Of a stretch of DNA of 64,000 nucleotides, positions 38,366-51,717 are shown one piece after another; position 1 is the stretch's first letter, and the number at the start of each line of letters is the position of its first letter. The position numbers were made by a program, and so were the translations under genes. This DNA comes from Psammoneis japonica. Lineage: Eukaryota. The notes beneath the pieces were generated by a model. The model had not been told where the DNA came from. It made no database searches and was given only the letters and a program-made list of their open reading frames with translations. The stretch lies in the NCBI GenBank assembly GCA_008632985.1, contig QPGO01000143.1:1-64000 (forward strand). The letters are read 5' to 3'.

Positions 38366-39487
38366 TTAGCATTCTTCGGTGTCACTACTGGAGATACCTC
38401 CTATGTTGTTCCGAATGTCAAGACCCTCATCTTGTGCCAGCATGCGCTCCGCCCATTCTGGAATTGGCAGGTCAAGCATTATGTAATCGATCGATAGATA
38501 TTCCAAAGCTCGTCTCAGAGTCGCAGGAGTGTAGTATTCCTGGACATGTTTCGCAGCGGCGGTTTCGGTACCACAGTTTGTCTCACTTCTCTTTCGTTTC
38601 AAAGAAAAGACTTGTTCCAGTGCCATCTTCATGTCGTCACCGAATTGATCACCTAATCGCGACAAGTCTTTGTAAAAGTTTGTATCCATGTGCCCAACAA
38701 AGTCATACTCTTGTATTCTACGGTGCAAGCCATCACAGTAAAAGCTCATTGGGACAAAGTGAACGTCCCATTTCAGTGGCAGGGCATCCACATGGGCATG
38801 AAACAAGAGCTTCTTATCATGAGCAATATTTTCGAGATGCTCGCTGTGACTTGCATTGTGAAAGATTGATACCGGCTTGCAATAATATGTTGTCGGATTC
38901 CTGTAGCACTTGTCGATATGAGCCGATAGCAATCGCTCGAGTGGATCACGCAAGAATACAAAACGTGGCTTGGTTGTTTTGTACATGTCATTTGCGGAGT
39001 GCTCTGGAGGATAACAGGAACGCGGCAAATAAGTTTCATTGTTGAGTGCACAAAAGATCCTTCGCCATTGTGTCGTTGCGATCTTTTCAATGCTGCACAT
39101 GCGAATGTCTGGTGACGCCTGATAATGCCAGGCTCCTTCCAACCCAATTCCGTCTATACTATCTCGAAGGAGCGTATTTGTCCACCAAGGCAGTGATGAC
39201 AAGCTAGTCGCGTTTTCATCCAGAATGCGCATGAAACAAGTCTCTTGCTTTTCCTCCTCTCGACAGGTCCCCATGGAAAACAATTTTTTGTACGTCTTGT
39301 CATAGCTTTGACGAATCCAGTCGGAAGCCAACGGGGTTGCGGAAACGTTTTCCACAACATGCTCTAAATGCCGATGATGTCGATTTGGCACTTGGATCAT
39401 GACATAAAAGTTAAAAAAGACGCAGCACACAGTTGCAACCGCAATGACAAGCAAGAGGGGAGGAAAGGTGATAGCTACCTTGGGCAT
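38366..39487 (-). CDS. Carbohydrate sulfotransferase (Sulfotransfer_2 family), type II membrane protein
   Basis: N-terminal TM anchor after MPKVAITF; CSIEKIATTQW (5'-PSB), FVFLRDPLERLLSA (3'-PB), HFVPM, YDFVG, DY..LDLPIP. Confidence 0.88.
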   Translation of the reverse strand: MPKVAITFPPLLLVIAVATVCCVFFNFYVMIQVPNRHHRHLEHVVENVSATPLASDWIRQSYDKTYKKLFSMGTCREEEKQETCFMRILDENATSLSSLPWWTNTLLRDSIDGIGLEGAWHYQASPDIRMCSIEKIATTQWRRIFCALNNETYLPRSCYPPEHSANDMYKTTKPRFVFLRDPLERLLSAHIDKCYRNPTTYYCKPVSIFHNASHSEHLENIAHDKKLLFHAHVDALPLKWDVHFVPMSFYCDGLHRRIQEYDFVGHMDTNFYKDLSRLGDQFGDDMKMALEQVFSLKRKRSETNCGTETAAAKHVQEYYTPATLRRALEYLSIDYIMLDLPIPEWAERMLAQDEGLDIRNNIGGISSSDTEEC

Positions 39488-39661
39488 TTTTGTCTCAGAC
39501 AATTCTTGAGCGAACGAAAAACTGACGAAATAGTCTATATCGATAAACCTTTTGTTTGTCTCTTGGGTCCTTGGGGGTAGTTGCCAGTTGCCAGTTGCTC
39601 TGTGCAAATAAACCGATTTGTTGTGGTGGGATGGCAGATGGCAACCAAGGATGGCAACTCT

Positions 39662-39867
39662 GGGGGAAGTCTCCAGCCAGCTGCTGGCTGAAGAATCTTG
39701 TGTAGAATTTGTACTGATAAAGTCTGTCAATCTGTGCGTTAGGGGGTTTTGGCGAGCGCTGGACAGACTCGACATCTTTTGCGTACATAAAAATTGTACT
39801 GGCAAAACCCCCAAACGCACTGACGAGCAGACTTTTTTCAGCCAGCAGCTGGCTGGAGTCTTCCCCC
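39662..39867. mobile_element. MITE-like element, ~206 bp, 31-bp TIRs, TSD AACTCT
   Basis: gggggaagtctccagccagctgctggctgaa ... ttcagccagcagctggctggagtcttccccc (1 mismatch); AACTCT at 39656-39661 and 39868-39873. Confidence 0.85.
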
Positions 39868-42800
39868 AACTCTGTGAACCGAGAAACCAAGACGTGTCCG
39901 TTGAGCGTTGATGGGCGTCCGTTAGAAAAGTATGTTACTATTCATATCTTCAGATTGAAATTGAGCGTCAGATCTCTGGTGCACTCACAAACGAACCATG
40001 TCTGCAACACCTCATCCAGGAGTCGTCTTTCGCATCATGTCATGGAATGTGGCAAAGGTGAGTCTTGTGAGTGTCCTTGTTGGAAAGGTCGCTCAACGGG
40101 GGGGGGGGGGCAAAAGCGCTCTCCCAGGTGCGGCAAAGAGCAGGTGCCCAACGCCCCTGACCCAATGGCAACCCAACGCACAGCCCAACAGAACAGACAG
40201 TGGTGTTGTGAGTGCAGCATCACTCAAATGATGGAGAAGACCAAGAGACCCTGCCAGCAGCAAAGCTTTTTGAGCTTTTTGAATGAAGAAGACTGCCCTG
40301 CACAAACCATTTTGAAGTCAACTCTCTGGCTCCAGAGGGAACTGCACCAAGCACTTGGTCTGCTGCGTTGACCAAGCTTGTCCATGTTGCACTTGCCATT
40401 TGATGTTGGAACTGGGCACAGCTGTCCAGCTGCATTGTGCAAATTTGTGACAATGTTGCATGACGCCGCAGCTTGTTTGAGGTTGGCTCATTTTGGTGTG
40501 CCAGGCTCTGTGTGGAGAGGCCTGTCTCTGCTTGAGGAAAATGCAATTGAAAGCAGCAGCTGGTGCAGCCATCCCAGCCTCACATGCCCCCTTTCCCTTG
40601 CCTCTGTCAGAGTTGACATGACAACATCCTTGCACAACAAACTGCACATTGTTTCCCAGCATGTGCAAAAAACAGGATGTGAGTGCCTCTTGGGTGCCAC
40701 CCCACTTGTTGGCAATGGCTTCCACCAAAACCTTGAGCAACTCTCCAGAAAACTTGCTGATGCATTGACACAGGAATTGCTGGCACTCTGCTCAGGAGCT
40801 TGCAGCAGATGCATTCCAGCCCCAGGTGGGGCTCTGTGCGACATTGGGCCCACACAATTTTGTGCACAAGCTCTGCACTGTCATCTTAAGACAACAAACA
40901 AGGCAGTGATTGTCAACAGAAAAAGAGACAACTTTGTGAACATAAAAATTCCCGTGCAATTCTGGTGCATTTTGATTCTTTTTGCCCAGGTGCACTCTCC
41001 AGGCATTGAAGAGCACACCCCAACCATTTTTTGTTCTCAGAACTGGCCACCACAATCAAAGGCCCTCAGCAAAGAGGGAGCATGAGACAATTTTTGCAAA
41101 AGATTGCACTCAAAAATGTGCGCGCATGTGTGTGCGACATGTGGTGCATGCTGATCAAAGTGAGCTCATGTCACACCAGTCCAGCAGTGTCATGCAAGGT
41201 CCCACCAGGAGCAGCTGGGGCACATCAGCACAAATTGTCCACAGCCACTCCCCTTGGGTTGTGATGCAGTCAGGACTTGGTCTGGCCCCCCACCCCCTCC
41301 ACGGTTTCTCAGTTCATCTCAGGTGGGCAATCAAAGTCGGTGCAAAGTCTTGCTTTTTCCCCACAATTTCAGCAACGGCTCTTTGGCATTGTCATCAGGA
41401 CTGACAATTTTGTGTGATGGTCCTCACACCAACCAAGCTGCACAGCAGCACAAGAGAGCAAGTGCATGTTTTGTTGGCAAAATCATGCAACAAGAGCGGC
41501 AGGTCAGTTGAGTGAACAGTGCATTTGAGCAGCACATGGCTGCACAAAGCATGTGTTTGCCAGCAAATCTGAAGAAGATGGCTGCCCTGATGTCCCCAGC
41601 CAGTTGCAGGCTTGTCAAGTGTGATGAGTGATGAGATGGCCTGCAGTTGGCTGTTTTCATGCCTGCCAGCATGTTGGCACACCACTTTGTTGTTGTTCAT
41701 TGCACCACGAGCAAAATTTTGTGCTTGGGGCTTGAGCTCTGCAGCAAAAGTGTCAGAGGGTGATGAGTGCATTGACTGCCACCCCAGCCCATGTGTGACT
41801 TGCAGCACATGGTGATCACAGAACATTGATGTTGCAGTGTGCAGCAGTGCAAGGCCCCACCTGGAGCTGAAGCACTGTGCCAGTCTTTTTGAAGATTTTG
41901 CGTGCTGCACAGAGTGCTTTGATGGGGGAACATTTTGTTGGGTTGTGGTTGGCATCAAAACCCACATTGTGCCACCTTGCTCATGGAAAAATCCACCATG
42001 ACATGTGAGTGTGATGTGTGGTGGGTGGGTGAAAGTTTCAGCAGGAATCACTTGAATGTCTCTCAACAGCTCTCTGCTGATTTTTGCATGTGTGGCAGGG
42101 AAAACAACAAAACCATGCAGAGGTGCACACAAGATCACAGGAGGCGAGTGGTTGAACTGATGATTTTGTGGGAAATCAACTAAAATGTTGTCTGATCAAA
42201 GGCACTTTACTTTGCATGATAAAGAACAGTGCCTTTCTTGACCAGACACCACTTCAATTGATTTCAAAAGAAGTTGACATTCAAATGTGGCTGGGCAGGC
42301 AGATGGACAGACAGACAGACAATTGGTGCTCTTCTGGCACTTCTTGGTGTCTGCACAGTTTCTGAGCCACGACTCACAAGACCGGGTGACATCCATTGCC
42401 TCTTGCCTCAATTGTTTCAAGCCCAGACAGATTCCATCAGACATGGCACACTTTGCTCAACAAGACAGCAGCAGCGAAGCTCCTGATGAGAGAGCTCCCT
42501 CCTCAATGACATGACTCTGCTGATTTTGTGACACACAGCATTGCCATGCAGAACTTTGCAGAGGCCATGGAGCTGCTCTCCCTTTTTGTTTTAAACATGT
42601 CCACAGAATGAGTGAGCTCTGCATGTGGGTGTCACAGCTGGAGTCTAGAGCTTGTCATTGACCCACAGATGGGCTGCCTTCAAAAAAGTTTTGGGTGGGC
42701 TGCCTTCAAAAAAGTTTTGGGTGGTGAGGTGCAATTTCATGGAGAAATGTTGCAGCACTGTGAGACATTCCATGTGATTGTCAATGCAACACATGATCTC

Positions 42801-44635
42801 TGCTCACAAAACCAACAAACAGCCAGCAATGACCCACATCATGGGGCCACAAGCCATGCGCCTTTCTGTCCCTGTCAAAGCACTGCAGGTGATGTCAAGC
42901 AAAAAATGAGTTGCAGTTGTGTTGTTGTTGCTGTGGCTGTTGCCATTGTTTTTTTTGTGCAACAGGCTCTCTCTGCTTGCATTCTTCTTTTTGCTGCAGC
43001 ATGCTGCCATTGCTTGCAAGAGCCAATTTGGAGCTTGTTTGGGTCAAGCCAACCAAATTGGAGGATGAAGTGCAAGACAAGTGTGAGGAGGCATGGAACA
43101 AGGCCGCAAGAGGGCCAACAATGCAGGTGTGTGAGTGTCTGCTGCTGCATCAAGAACCTGCTGCACTTGCAGCTGTTGTGTTTGGAGAACAAAGCTTGCA
43201 CACATGGTTTTGTTCTCATTTGCAAAAGTTGCACCACCCAATGGTTCTTGGGAAAAGTCTTGGTGGCCAGTTGTTGTTGTCTCCATGCCAAGCCCTTTTT
43301 GGGCATTTTTTGTCTTTTGGCTCTCAGCTCAAGCAGCTGTTGTTGTGGGTTTGTTTTGAATCAGTCACAAGCTAACTCAGCAGAATTTGACAAAACTGCA
43401 CTGCATCCCATGGTGGCAAACATGCTGGAAATTCCCACCATGGAGTTGGGCAGCACCACGCAGTTGGGATTGCACAAGACCCCTCTCAAGAAAAAATTGC
43501 AAAAGGCCTCAACTGCACTCTGGTTGCAAGGAAACAGATGCCACCATCATTGTTGCAAAGTCAGCTTTGCACACATCAATCAGGTTCATGCAGCAAGCAG
43601 AGCTCTTGTTTTGTGGACAAGACAAAGCTGGAGAGCACATGCAGGTGGTGGTTGGACCACCCATGCCATGTGGGAGCTGGCACACCATCCCAAGTTTCAG
43701 CCCTGCCCCTTGTTGCCAAGCACAGCCCAGCTCCAGTGGTGCCACTCATTGCAAGCAATGAAGACAGAGTGAGGCACTCCAGAATGGGGCCAACAACAAT
43801 GCAGAGGGGGGGCTTTTGTGGTGCTCCAGTTGAGCGCCACACCTGTGCATCATGCAGGCCCACCCATGCCAATGTTTGATTGAGCCAACACAGGAATCAT
43901 TCTAAAATGTTGCAACAGTTGGGCTCACAACTGACACTCTGCACAATGAAAACTGCAAAAGTGTGCATGATGTCATGCCAGAGGGTGGTTGGAGGCTGGG
44001 GCTTTGCTTTGCATGGTGAAGAGCAGAGTCATCAGTCAGACAGCACTTCAATTGATTTCCTAAGAAGTTGATGTCCAAACAATGCAGCCAGCCAGTCAGA
44101 TGGAGGATTGATCTTTTTGGTGCAGGCCCACACAGTTTTTCTGTGCAATGACTCCAAAGCATCATGCAATGACTCCTTGAGTTTTTTCATGAAGAGAAAC
44201 GGGCACGATGCAGTTGGTCATGCAGCCATGTGAACAATGGCACACAAGTGTGCCAACTTGCATGTGTGTCAGGGTTTGGCTCATCTCTGGGGAGGGTGCT
44301 GCGTGCAGTGTCTTGGCATGTTGAGTTCACAACCAATCTCCACAGGCAGAGTCTGGGCCAAGAAGTGGCGTCATTTGGTGCTTGTGTGGAGACCACTGGG
44401 GATGCCTGGAACTGATGTGAAAAGATGGGACAAAAGTCCCTCTCAGGCAACGATGGGTTGCCCTTGCTGTTGCAAAGCTCATTCTTGCATTGACGCAGCA
44501 CCTTTCTTCCCAACGCATCATGGTTTTTTTGCCACTCATCAGCTGGCTGCACAGCAATCATGTGCAGCACTGCTTTGGCTTCCTTGCCAAGCAGCCCCCA
44601 TTGTGTGATGTCATGAAAGAAGTGAAATGACGGTG

Positions 44636-44899
44636 NNNNNNNNNNNNNNNNNNNNNNNNNNNNNNNNNNNNNNNNNNNNNNNNNNNNNNNNNNNNNNNNN
44701 NNNNNNNNNNNNNNNNNNNNNNNNNNNNNNNNNNNNNNNNNNNNNNNNNNNNNNNNNNNNNNNNNNNNNNNNNNNNNNNNNNNNNNNNNNNNNNNNNNNN
44801 NNNNNNNNNNNNNNNNNNNNNNNNNNNNNNNNNNNNNNNNNNNNNNNNNNNNNNNNNNNNNNNNNNNNNNNNNNNNNNNNNNNNNNNNNNNNNNNNNNN
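44636..44899. other. Assembly gap (N run)
   Basis: Run of n. Confidence 0.99.
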
Positions 44900-45656
44900 G
44901 CAGGCTGCTTCATTGCATCATGAGATGACTGGGTCATCCTTCTTGTGTTGAAGGGCATGGCTGATGGAGAATTTTTGTGCAATGCCAAGGCAGGTCAGGA
45001 GGAGCATTGCCATGGTGCAGACAAAGCGTGCCCCAGAACTCTTGGCAAAAAAAGAATTCAGCACCATTGAGTGTCAGTGGCTGGGTGTGCTGATGGCCAT
45101 GCTCAAGTCTTGAGGGTTGTCTCAAGGGTCTCCTCATGCATTTTTGCTTCCCTAACAGCTGTTTCTCACCTCACTTCATGTGTTGTGTCCTTGTGAGCTG
45201 CTGAAGTGAAGACACAGCTTGGCCACCATGTGAGTCCATCATGTGGGAGTGCACAAGATTGCTCACTTTGCAGCTTTGCTTTGCAGACTCCATTTTGGAT
45301 GAGGAGTTGGAAGTCCTGCAAATTTGATTGGGAGGGTGGGTGAGGCTGGTCTCAGGTCTTCATTGGCCAAAGTCTTGCCAGTTCATGCTGGAAGAAACTG
45401 GTGCATGATCATGCTCTTTCTTCTGCTTTGGCAAATGACTTGACACAATCTCCAGTTGTGCACTGAATGTGCTGCCACCAGCACTGCAGGGACTTCTTCT
45501 GAAGACCAGTGCAGGCAGTCCGAGGATGATGAATCACAACTTTGGTGAGGCCTTGGAAGACGAAGGTTCACGAAGGCTTTTTCCGCCACACAAATTTGTG
45601 TTGTGTGAACACCCCTGTCTGCATCTCTCACAAAGGCACAAATTTGGAGCTGCCAG

Positions 45657-45659
<3 letters not shown>

Positions 45660-45700
<41 letters not shown>

Positions 45701-45746
45701 GTCTCTCTCTGTCTCTCTCTCTCTGTCTCTCTCTCTCTCTCTCTCT
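45660..45746. repeat. (CT)n microsatellite with occasional GT interruptions
   Basis: Directly visible. Confidence 0.95.
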
Positions 45747-45940
45747 GTTGGCAGCTGCTCTCCACTCTAGCGGAAGACACTGCAGATGGAGCAAGCACTG
45801 GCCACCACTTGAGCCAGTGGTCTGCCAGCAGTGGCTCCACTGTGCTGCTCTGCCAGCATGCAGCTCTTGGCTCAATGACTTGAACGTCATTTTAATCACC
45901 ATCAAGTGATTTTGCTCAATGAAAGTGCTTGCCTTGAACA

Positions 45941-48900
45941 TGAAATAAACTTCTGTGTCACAATTGCATCATCAGCTGCAAGATTCGGGAGATTCGAATG
46001 ACCGGGATTGTTGACACCTCAAAGAAATTCTGTGACAGAAGCCCAAACACTGTGGCTGCAGTCAATCGCAGCTTTTCCCACAATTTTTAGAAAGCAATCG
46101 TGGACAACTTGTCAAGACAGTTCACTGTGATCACACTGTGTCTTGTTCTTTCCTTCTCTTTTCTTTGCTGTGCATCCCTTGCCTCAAACGCAATGTCAGC
46201 ATTTGGTGAGAGCCTTGTTGAGAGCACCATGCTTTGTGTGATGCAAACCAACCTTCAAGCATGGAGATTTGGACAAAGTGAAACTTGTGCAGAGCTGTGA
46301 TGATGGTGCTAAGAAACAGAAAATGTGCCCTCAGTTCACTGGCAAGCACGGCATCGAGTGCTTGCTCTGCACTGCAGAGCACTTTGAAAACTGCGCCAAG
46401 CATTTGGGTTGTGATGAAGGACCTGAAAAATTTGCCCATTTTGAAGAAGTGTTAGAAGACAATGCTCAAGACGTGTGGAGCAATTTGGTTTCAGGTGTCA
46501 CGGAAGCAGATCGGACGATGGTCAGGTTTGACGTGAAATCACACGCTTTCATCAGCAACACTGCAATCATCAAGCACGTGATGCAATGTTTGAATTTTTG
46601 AAAAACTTTTCTAAACCCTTTGGTGATTCTCCTTGCGAGCATGCCAACAGGATGATTCAAATGTCACACCATGCCAATGAGCTGCCAGGAACTGAACCTT
46701 TGCTCAATGAGCAACAGATCAAGAATGACACATTCACGGGCATGCCGATGACGTGGAAACAGAATTGCATGCATGCTGGAAAGGACATCAGCACTGATTC
46801 TTTGGAGGACATCATTCAACATGTGTCCAACAAGAAAGGATTTGCTGATCAGAAGAATTCTGGCAAGCCTGATGATGATTCCAAGAAGCGCAAGGCTGGA
46901 GATGTGGATTCCACCGGGAACAAGAAGAAATTTGGTCCCGACTCTTGCTGCCGATTGCACAAAGATTCTGCAGCACCTCATTTGTGGCAAAATTGCAGGG
47001 AGAATCTCAAGAGTCCCAACTGCAATCCAAATCCTCATTTTCAGAGAGGTGGCTGAGGTTTGCCAAGTGCAGGCCAAGATGCAGGTTGTGGACGAGGTCG
47101 TAATCTGCATCCAGGCCAAGGAAATCATGGAGGCCGATTTTGTGGTCCTCAGAACACCAACTGTGCTGGACGTGGATGTGGTGATGGTGGATGTGCCCCA
47201 ACTGATGGTTTTGGGCGTGGTCAAGGTGGACATGACCGTGGTTACAACCAAAACAGTGTGGGCCGAGGATGCGGTCCACAGAATTTGCCTCAGAATTTTT
47301 GTGCGAATCAAAATCAGGTGCAGAGCGGTTCAGAAGAACCAAATGCTCATCTGGCTTGATGAGCTCCTCTGACTGATGCTCAGTCACAAGAATGGGGTGC
47401 AGATGTGCGCCATTTTGACACAGCAGGCTGTGGTCCGCCAGGAGGTCCTGACGAGATGTCAGGAGGAGCGGATGTCGGACAAGGTCCACATCCAGGAGAG
47501 GACCTGGATTGTGGTCCAGTTTGGAGTGCTGCTCCAGTCCTGGTGTCAGCTTTGAAGTTAACAATGCCATTGCCATTGACACAAATGCACCAATTGAATG
47601 CGAACCTTCACATGACACACATTCATTGCATGGAATTGAAATCGATGGCGCGAAAAATCAAGAAGAGCTGACAGGATTGAATTGTGCTGGCATGCCAGCA
47701 CCCAAAGCAAAAAGCATGAATCCCAACATGGCACCCACATCAGTCCTTGCATGTGAACAAATGAATGGAGCTCACTTTTCTCATTTGTTGAGAGCATTGT
47801 TTGATTCAGGCAGTGCGACTGCTCTCATTCACGAGCGATGTTTGGCACGTGGATCCACTCCAAGCCTGCTCAAGAAGACAGTGGCATGTGACACAGCTGC
47901 AGGACCAATGAAGAGCAACAGAACACTTGGTTTAGAGATGACAGTGTCACCTGAATTTGACAGGTCAAGGAGCATTGATTTTCAGAGAGCTCTGGCATTT
48001 CAAACGCCGTGTTGTTACGACGTGATTCTTGGATCGGATTTTTTGACCAAGCGGGAATTGATGTGAATTTTTCTTCATGGACAGTCAAATGGTTAGACAA
48101 GTCTACACCTGTGAAAGAACTCACCTTTTGGGACAATGCAGAGAATGCTTGTTTGCTCTTGCAGGTCCAGAAGTCAAAGAAGAAGAAATCGATGAGATCG
48201 AGTTCCACGCATTTGCTGCGCAAATTCTGGACGCCAAGCATGTGAATCGGTGTCTCTGGAAGAAGTGGCTAAGAGGCAAACACACCTGTCAAGAGAACAA
48301 CAGTTGGAGTTGCAGCAAGTGCTGGCCAAGTTCCCAAAAGCATTTGATGGAAAGCTGGGTCGACATCCACACAAATTGGTTCATCTGGAAATCGATCCCA
48401 ACGCGATTCCGGTTCATGCTCGACCGCACTCGGTTCCGAAGGTTCATGAAGAAGTTTTAAAAAAGGAGCTTCGGCATCTGGTCCAAATGGGAGTGTTGAG
48501 GCCTTGTGGTCCCACTCATTGGGCATCTCCTTCGTTTGTCATTCCCCAAAAGTGTCAACGAGTGCGATGGGCATCCGATTTTTGCACGCTCAACAAGGCG
48601 CTGAAGAGGTCAATCTATCCTCTGCCAAGAATTCAAGACATTGTTAAAAAGAGAAAGGGATGCAAGCATTTCGCCAAGCTGGATCTGTCCATGTTCCATT
48701 GTGCTTTAGAGCTGGATGAAGAGCCCAAGGAGCTGTGCACTGTTGTCACTCCTTGTGGCAAGTTTCAATGTTGTCGACTCGCGATGGGTTTGAAGCTGGC
48801 GGCAGACATTGCTCAAGCGGTTGTTGAAGAAGTGATGAGTGAGATTGACATGGATTGCTTTGTTGATGATGTTGGTCTCTTCTCAATGGTTTGGTCAGAA

Positions 48901-51249
48901 CATCTAGCCATGTTGAGTGCCACATTGCAACGTCTGGAACAAAACGGTTTGAAGGTGAATCGCTTGAGTGCAAATGGGCCATTCAGGAGACCAATTTCTT
49001 GGGATGTTGGATGACTCCAGAAGGTGTTAAACCTTGGAAGAAAAAGGTACAAGCAGTGCTCAAGCTTGCTCCTCCTAAGAACCACACACAACTCAGATCC
49101 TTTGTTGGAGCCGTCACTTGCTGTCATGACATGTGGCCTCGGCGATCTCACGTTTTGGCACCATTGATGGATTTAACCGGAAAACAACACTTTGAGTGGA
49201 CTCCAGCTTGTCAGAAGGCCTTTGAAGAGATCAAGGCCATTGTGGTGGGCAACGCATTGCTCGCTTGTCCTGATCACAACCTTCCTTTTCAGATTTGCAC
49301 AGATGCAAGCGACTGTCAGCTTGGTGCCGTTGTCACACAGAACGGCAAGCTGATCGCTTGTTGGTCCTGAAAACTGAACGCAGCTCAGAAGAATCACTCC
49401 ACCATGGAAAAAGAAATGCTTGCTGCGGTTCTTTGTTTCAAGGAGTTCCAATCTATGTTGTTGGAGCTGAAACAACAGCTCACACGGATCATAAGAACTT
49501 GACCTTCAAGACGCTTAACACGCAACGAGTGCTCGCTGGCACCTTTTCCTGAAGAATTTGCACCCAAGTTTGGACATGTCAAAGGCAAAGAGAACATCCC
49601 AGCTGATTTCTTTTCACAATTTCCTCATGTGGAGAAAACTGTGGAAGGGAAGAGATCTTCTAAAGTGGAGTCGAAAGGTGCTGTTGTGGATTTTTCAGTT
49701 CTTCTGACTGCCATGGCTCCAGAAGATGAGTCGCTCGAAGAAAATTTGTGCCCTGAATTGAACACTCCATTCTGCACTGTTCAAGATCAAGAATTGGTGG
49801 ATTGCTTTTTGAGTTGTCTGAGTCTAGAAGAGATGCAACACCCTCTGAATTACCCTGACATGCAAAGGTTTCAATTCAAAGATTATGAGCTAAATCAGGA
49901 GCGGCAGAAGAATCCATTTCGTTTTCCGACTTGACACATTGGCGGGGCTCCTTTAATTTGTTGGAGGCCTGAAGTCAATGCACAAGAGAACGATTGGAAA
50001 ATTGCTTTACCAACTGCCTTGTTGGCATCTGTTGTCAGGTGGCATCATCAAGTTTTGGGGCACTGTGGCACACAAAAGCTCTGTCACACGATTCGCTCAC
50101 ATTGTCACCATCCGTCGTTGCGCCGATTGGTCGAAAATTGTCGCTGTCATGCATGCCGAAGAAACAAGCTCTGGGGAGCTGGATGTGGTTGCTTGCCACC
50201 AAGAGAAGCCCCTTTAGTTCCTTGGGATGAAGTGGCTGTTGATTCAATTGGCCCTTGGAAAACATGAGTGCAAGAACAAGAAGTCAAATTTAATGCGTTG
50301 ACTGCGATTGACACTGTTTCCAACCTTGTTGAATTGGCTCGCATTGACAACAAGACTTCAGATCATGTGCAGATGAAGTTTGCCAATTGTTGGTCAGCCA
50401 GATGTCCAAAACCAAACCGTTGCATCCATGACAAGGGCAGCAAATTCATTGGTGAGCCATTTCAGATTCTCTTGGCGAAGGCTGGAATCAAGGATGTGTG
50501 GAAACAACTGCCAGAAATCCTCAAGCTGATGCCATTTCTTGCAAAAGAATGCATCAAACAGCTGGCAACATCATTGAACTACAGTCAGAGGACATCCTCC
50601 TTATAATGTGATGGAAGCTCAGCAGATTGTTGACAACACATTGGCCACAACCATGCACGGTCTACGATGCGCCACTTCAAGAGTCTTGGGAATTTTGCCA
50701 GGAGCTCTCATCTGCCAAAGAGTCATGTTTCTTGATTTGCCTCTCATTGTAGATTCAATCGCCATTCGAGTTTGTTGGCAAGTGTTGATTGATGACAACT
50801 TACGTCGGCAAAATCTCAAAAGACGCTTTTTCGACTGTCGTGTCGGGCAGCAAATTTTGGTTGGGACAGATGATCCCACTGAGTTGGAAGAAAGATCTTT
50901 TGGCCCTTTTCCCATCACACAGATTCATGTGAATGGAAACGTCACCATACAAAGAGCACCTCATGTGTTTGAAAGAATCAACATTCAGCGCATTCTGCCG
51001 TATCGACTTCGACATGGATTGCGATTCTTCAAAGCATTCGCATGAATCGCGGAAGGGAAGAGTGAAGTAAACTTCTACGTCATAATTACGTCATCAGCTG
51101 CAAGATTCGGGAGATTCGAATGACCGGGATTGTGTTGACACCTCGAAGAAATTCTGCGACAGAAGCCCGAACACTGTGGCTGTAGTCAATCGTAGCTTTT
51201 CCCATAATTTTTTAGAAAGTAATCGTGGACAACTTATCAAGACCGTTCA
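45941..51249 (+). mobile_element. Ty3/Gypsy LTR retrotransposon, degenerate (frameshifts, stops, Tyr>Cys/His)
   Basis: LTRs 45941-46124 and 51063-51249 (TG...CA); PPT ggaagggaagag; protease LFDSGS; RT WASP, DF..LN, YPLPRI, CFVDDV; RNase H CTDASDCQLGAV, HTDHKNL; integrase LGHCG, VAVDSIGP. Order PR-RT-RH-INT. TSD imperfect (GAACA/GAACT). Confidence 0.95.
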
Positions 51250-51717
51250 GAACTAACATGACGACACGTAGGGCCATACTACCGTACTGTACCTACCTAC
51301 TGATGCTACTGCAAGAGGACAACGTAATATTGTGTAATTCGTATTCCGGTACGAATACGAATACTGGCAGGGGAAGTTCCTCCTTTAATTGTTTCCAGCT
51401 TAGATCCCGTCAGTCGTGACACGCTTCACTTAACAATGACGACACGCTTGTTAAGCACAAAAAGGACCATCAGTTTTGCGAATCCCTACAAAATTCCCTC
51501 AGCAAGAAGGGAAGCGCCGTGAGACGGTTCCCGTTTTCGATCACACAAAAAAATACTACGAGTATCATACTAAAAACAACAACGCGCTTCACTGCTTAAG
51601 AGATCCTTAATGAAAGTATCGCTATACGTGCTTCGTTGATTTGACTTCGATTGCAAGGAGCGTCCTTTTGTGCCATCAAACACAGACATTGTTTCTTGAA
51701 GCATCATTTGATCTAGC

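Larger units (their letters stand above)
39980..45940. mobile_element. TpA/CpG-depleted degenerate repeat tract, unclassifiable; contains an assembly gap
   Basis: Near absence of TA; internal repeat cagaca.cacttcaattgatttc..aagaagttga at ~42243 and ~44037. Confidence 0.45.
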
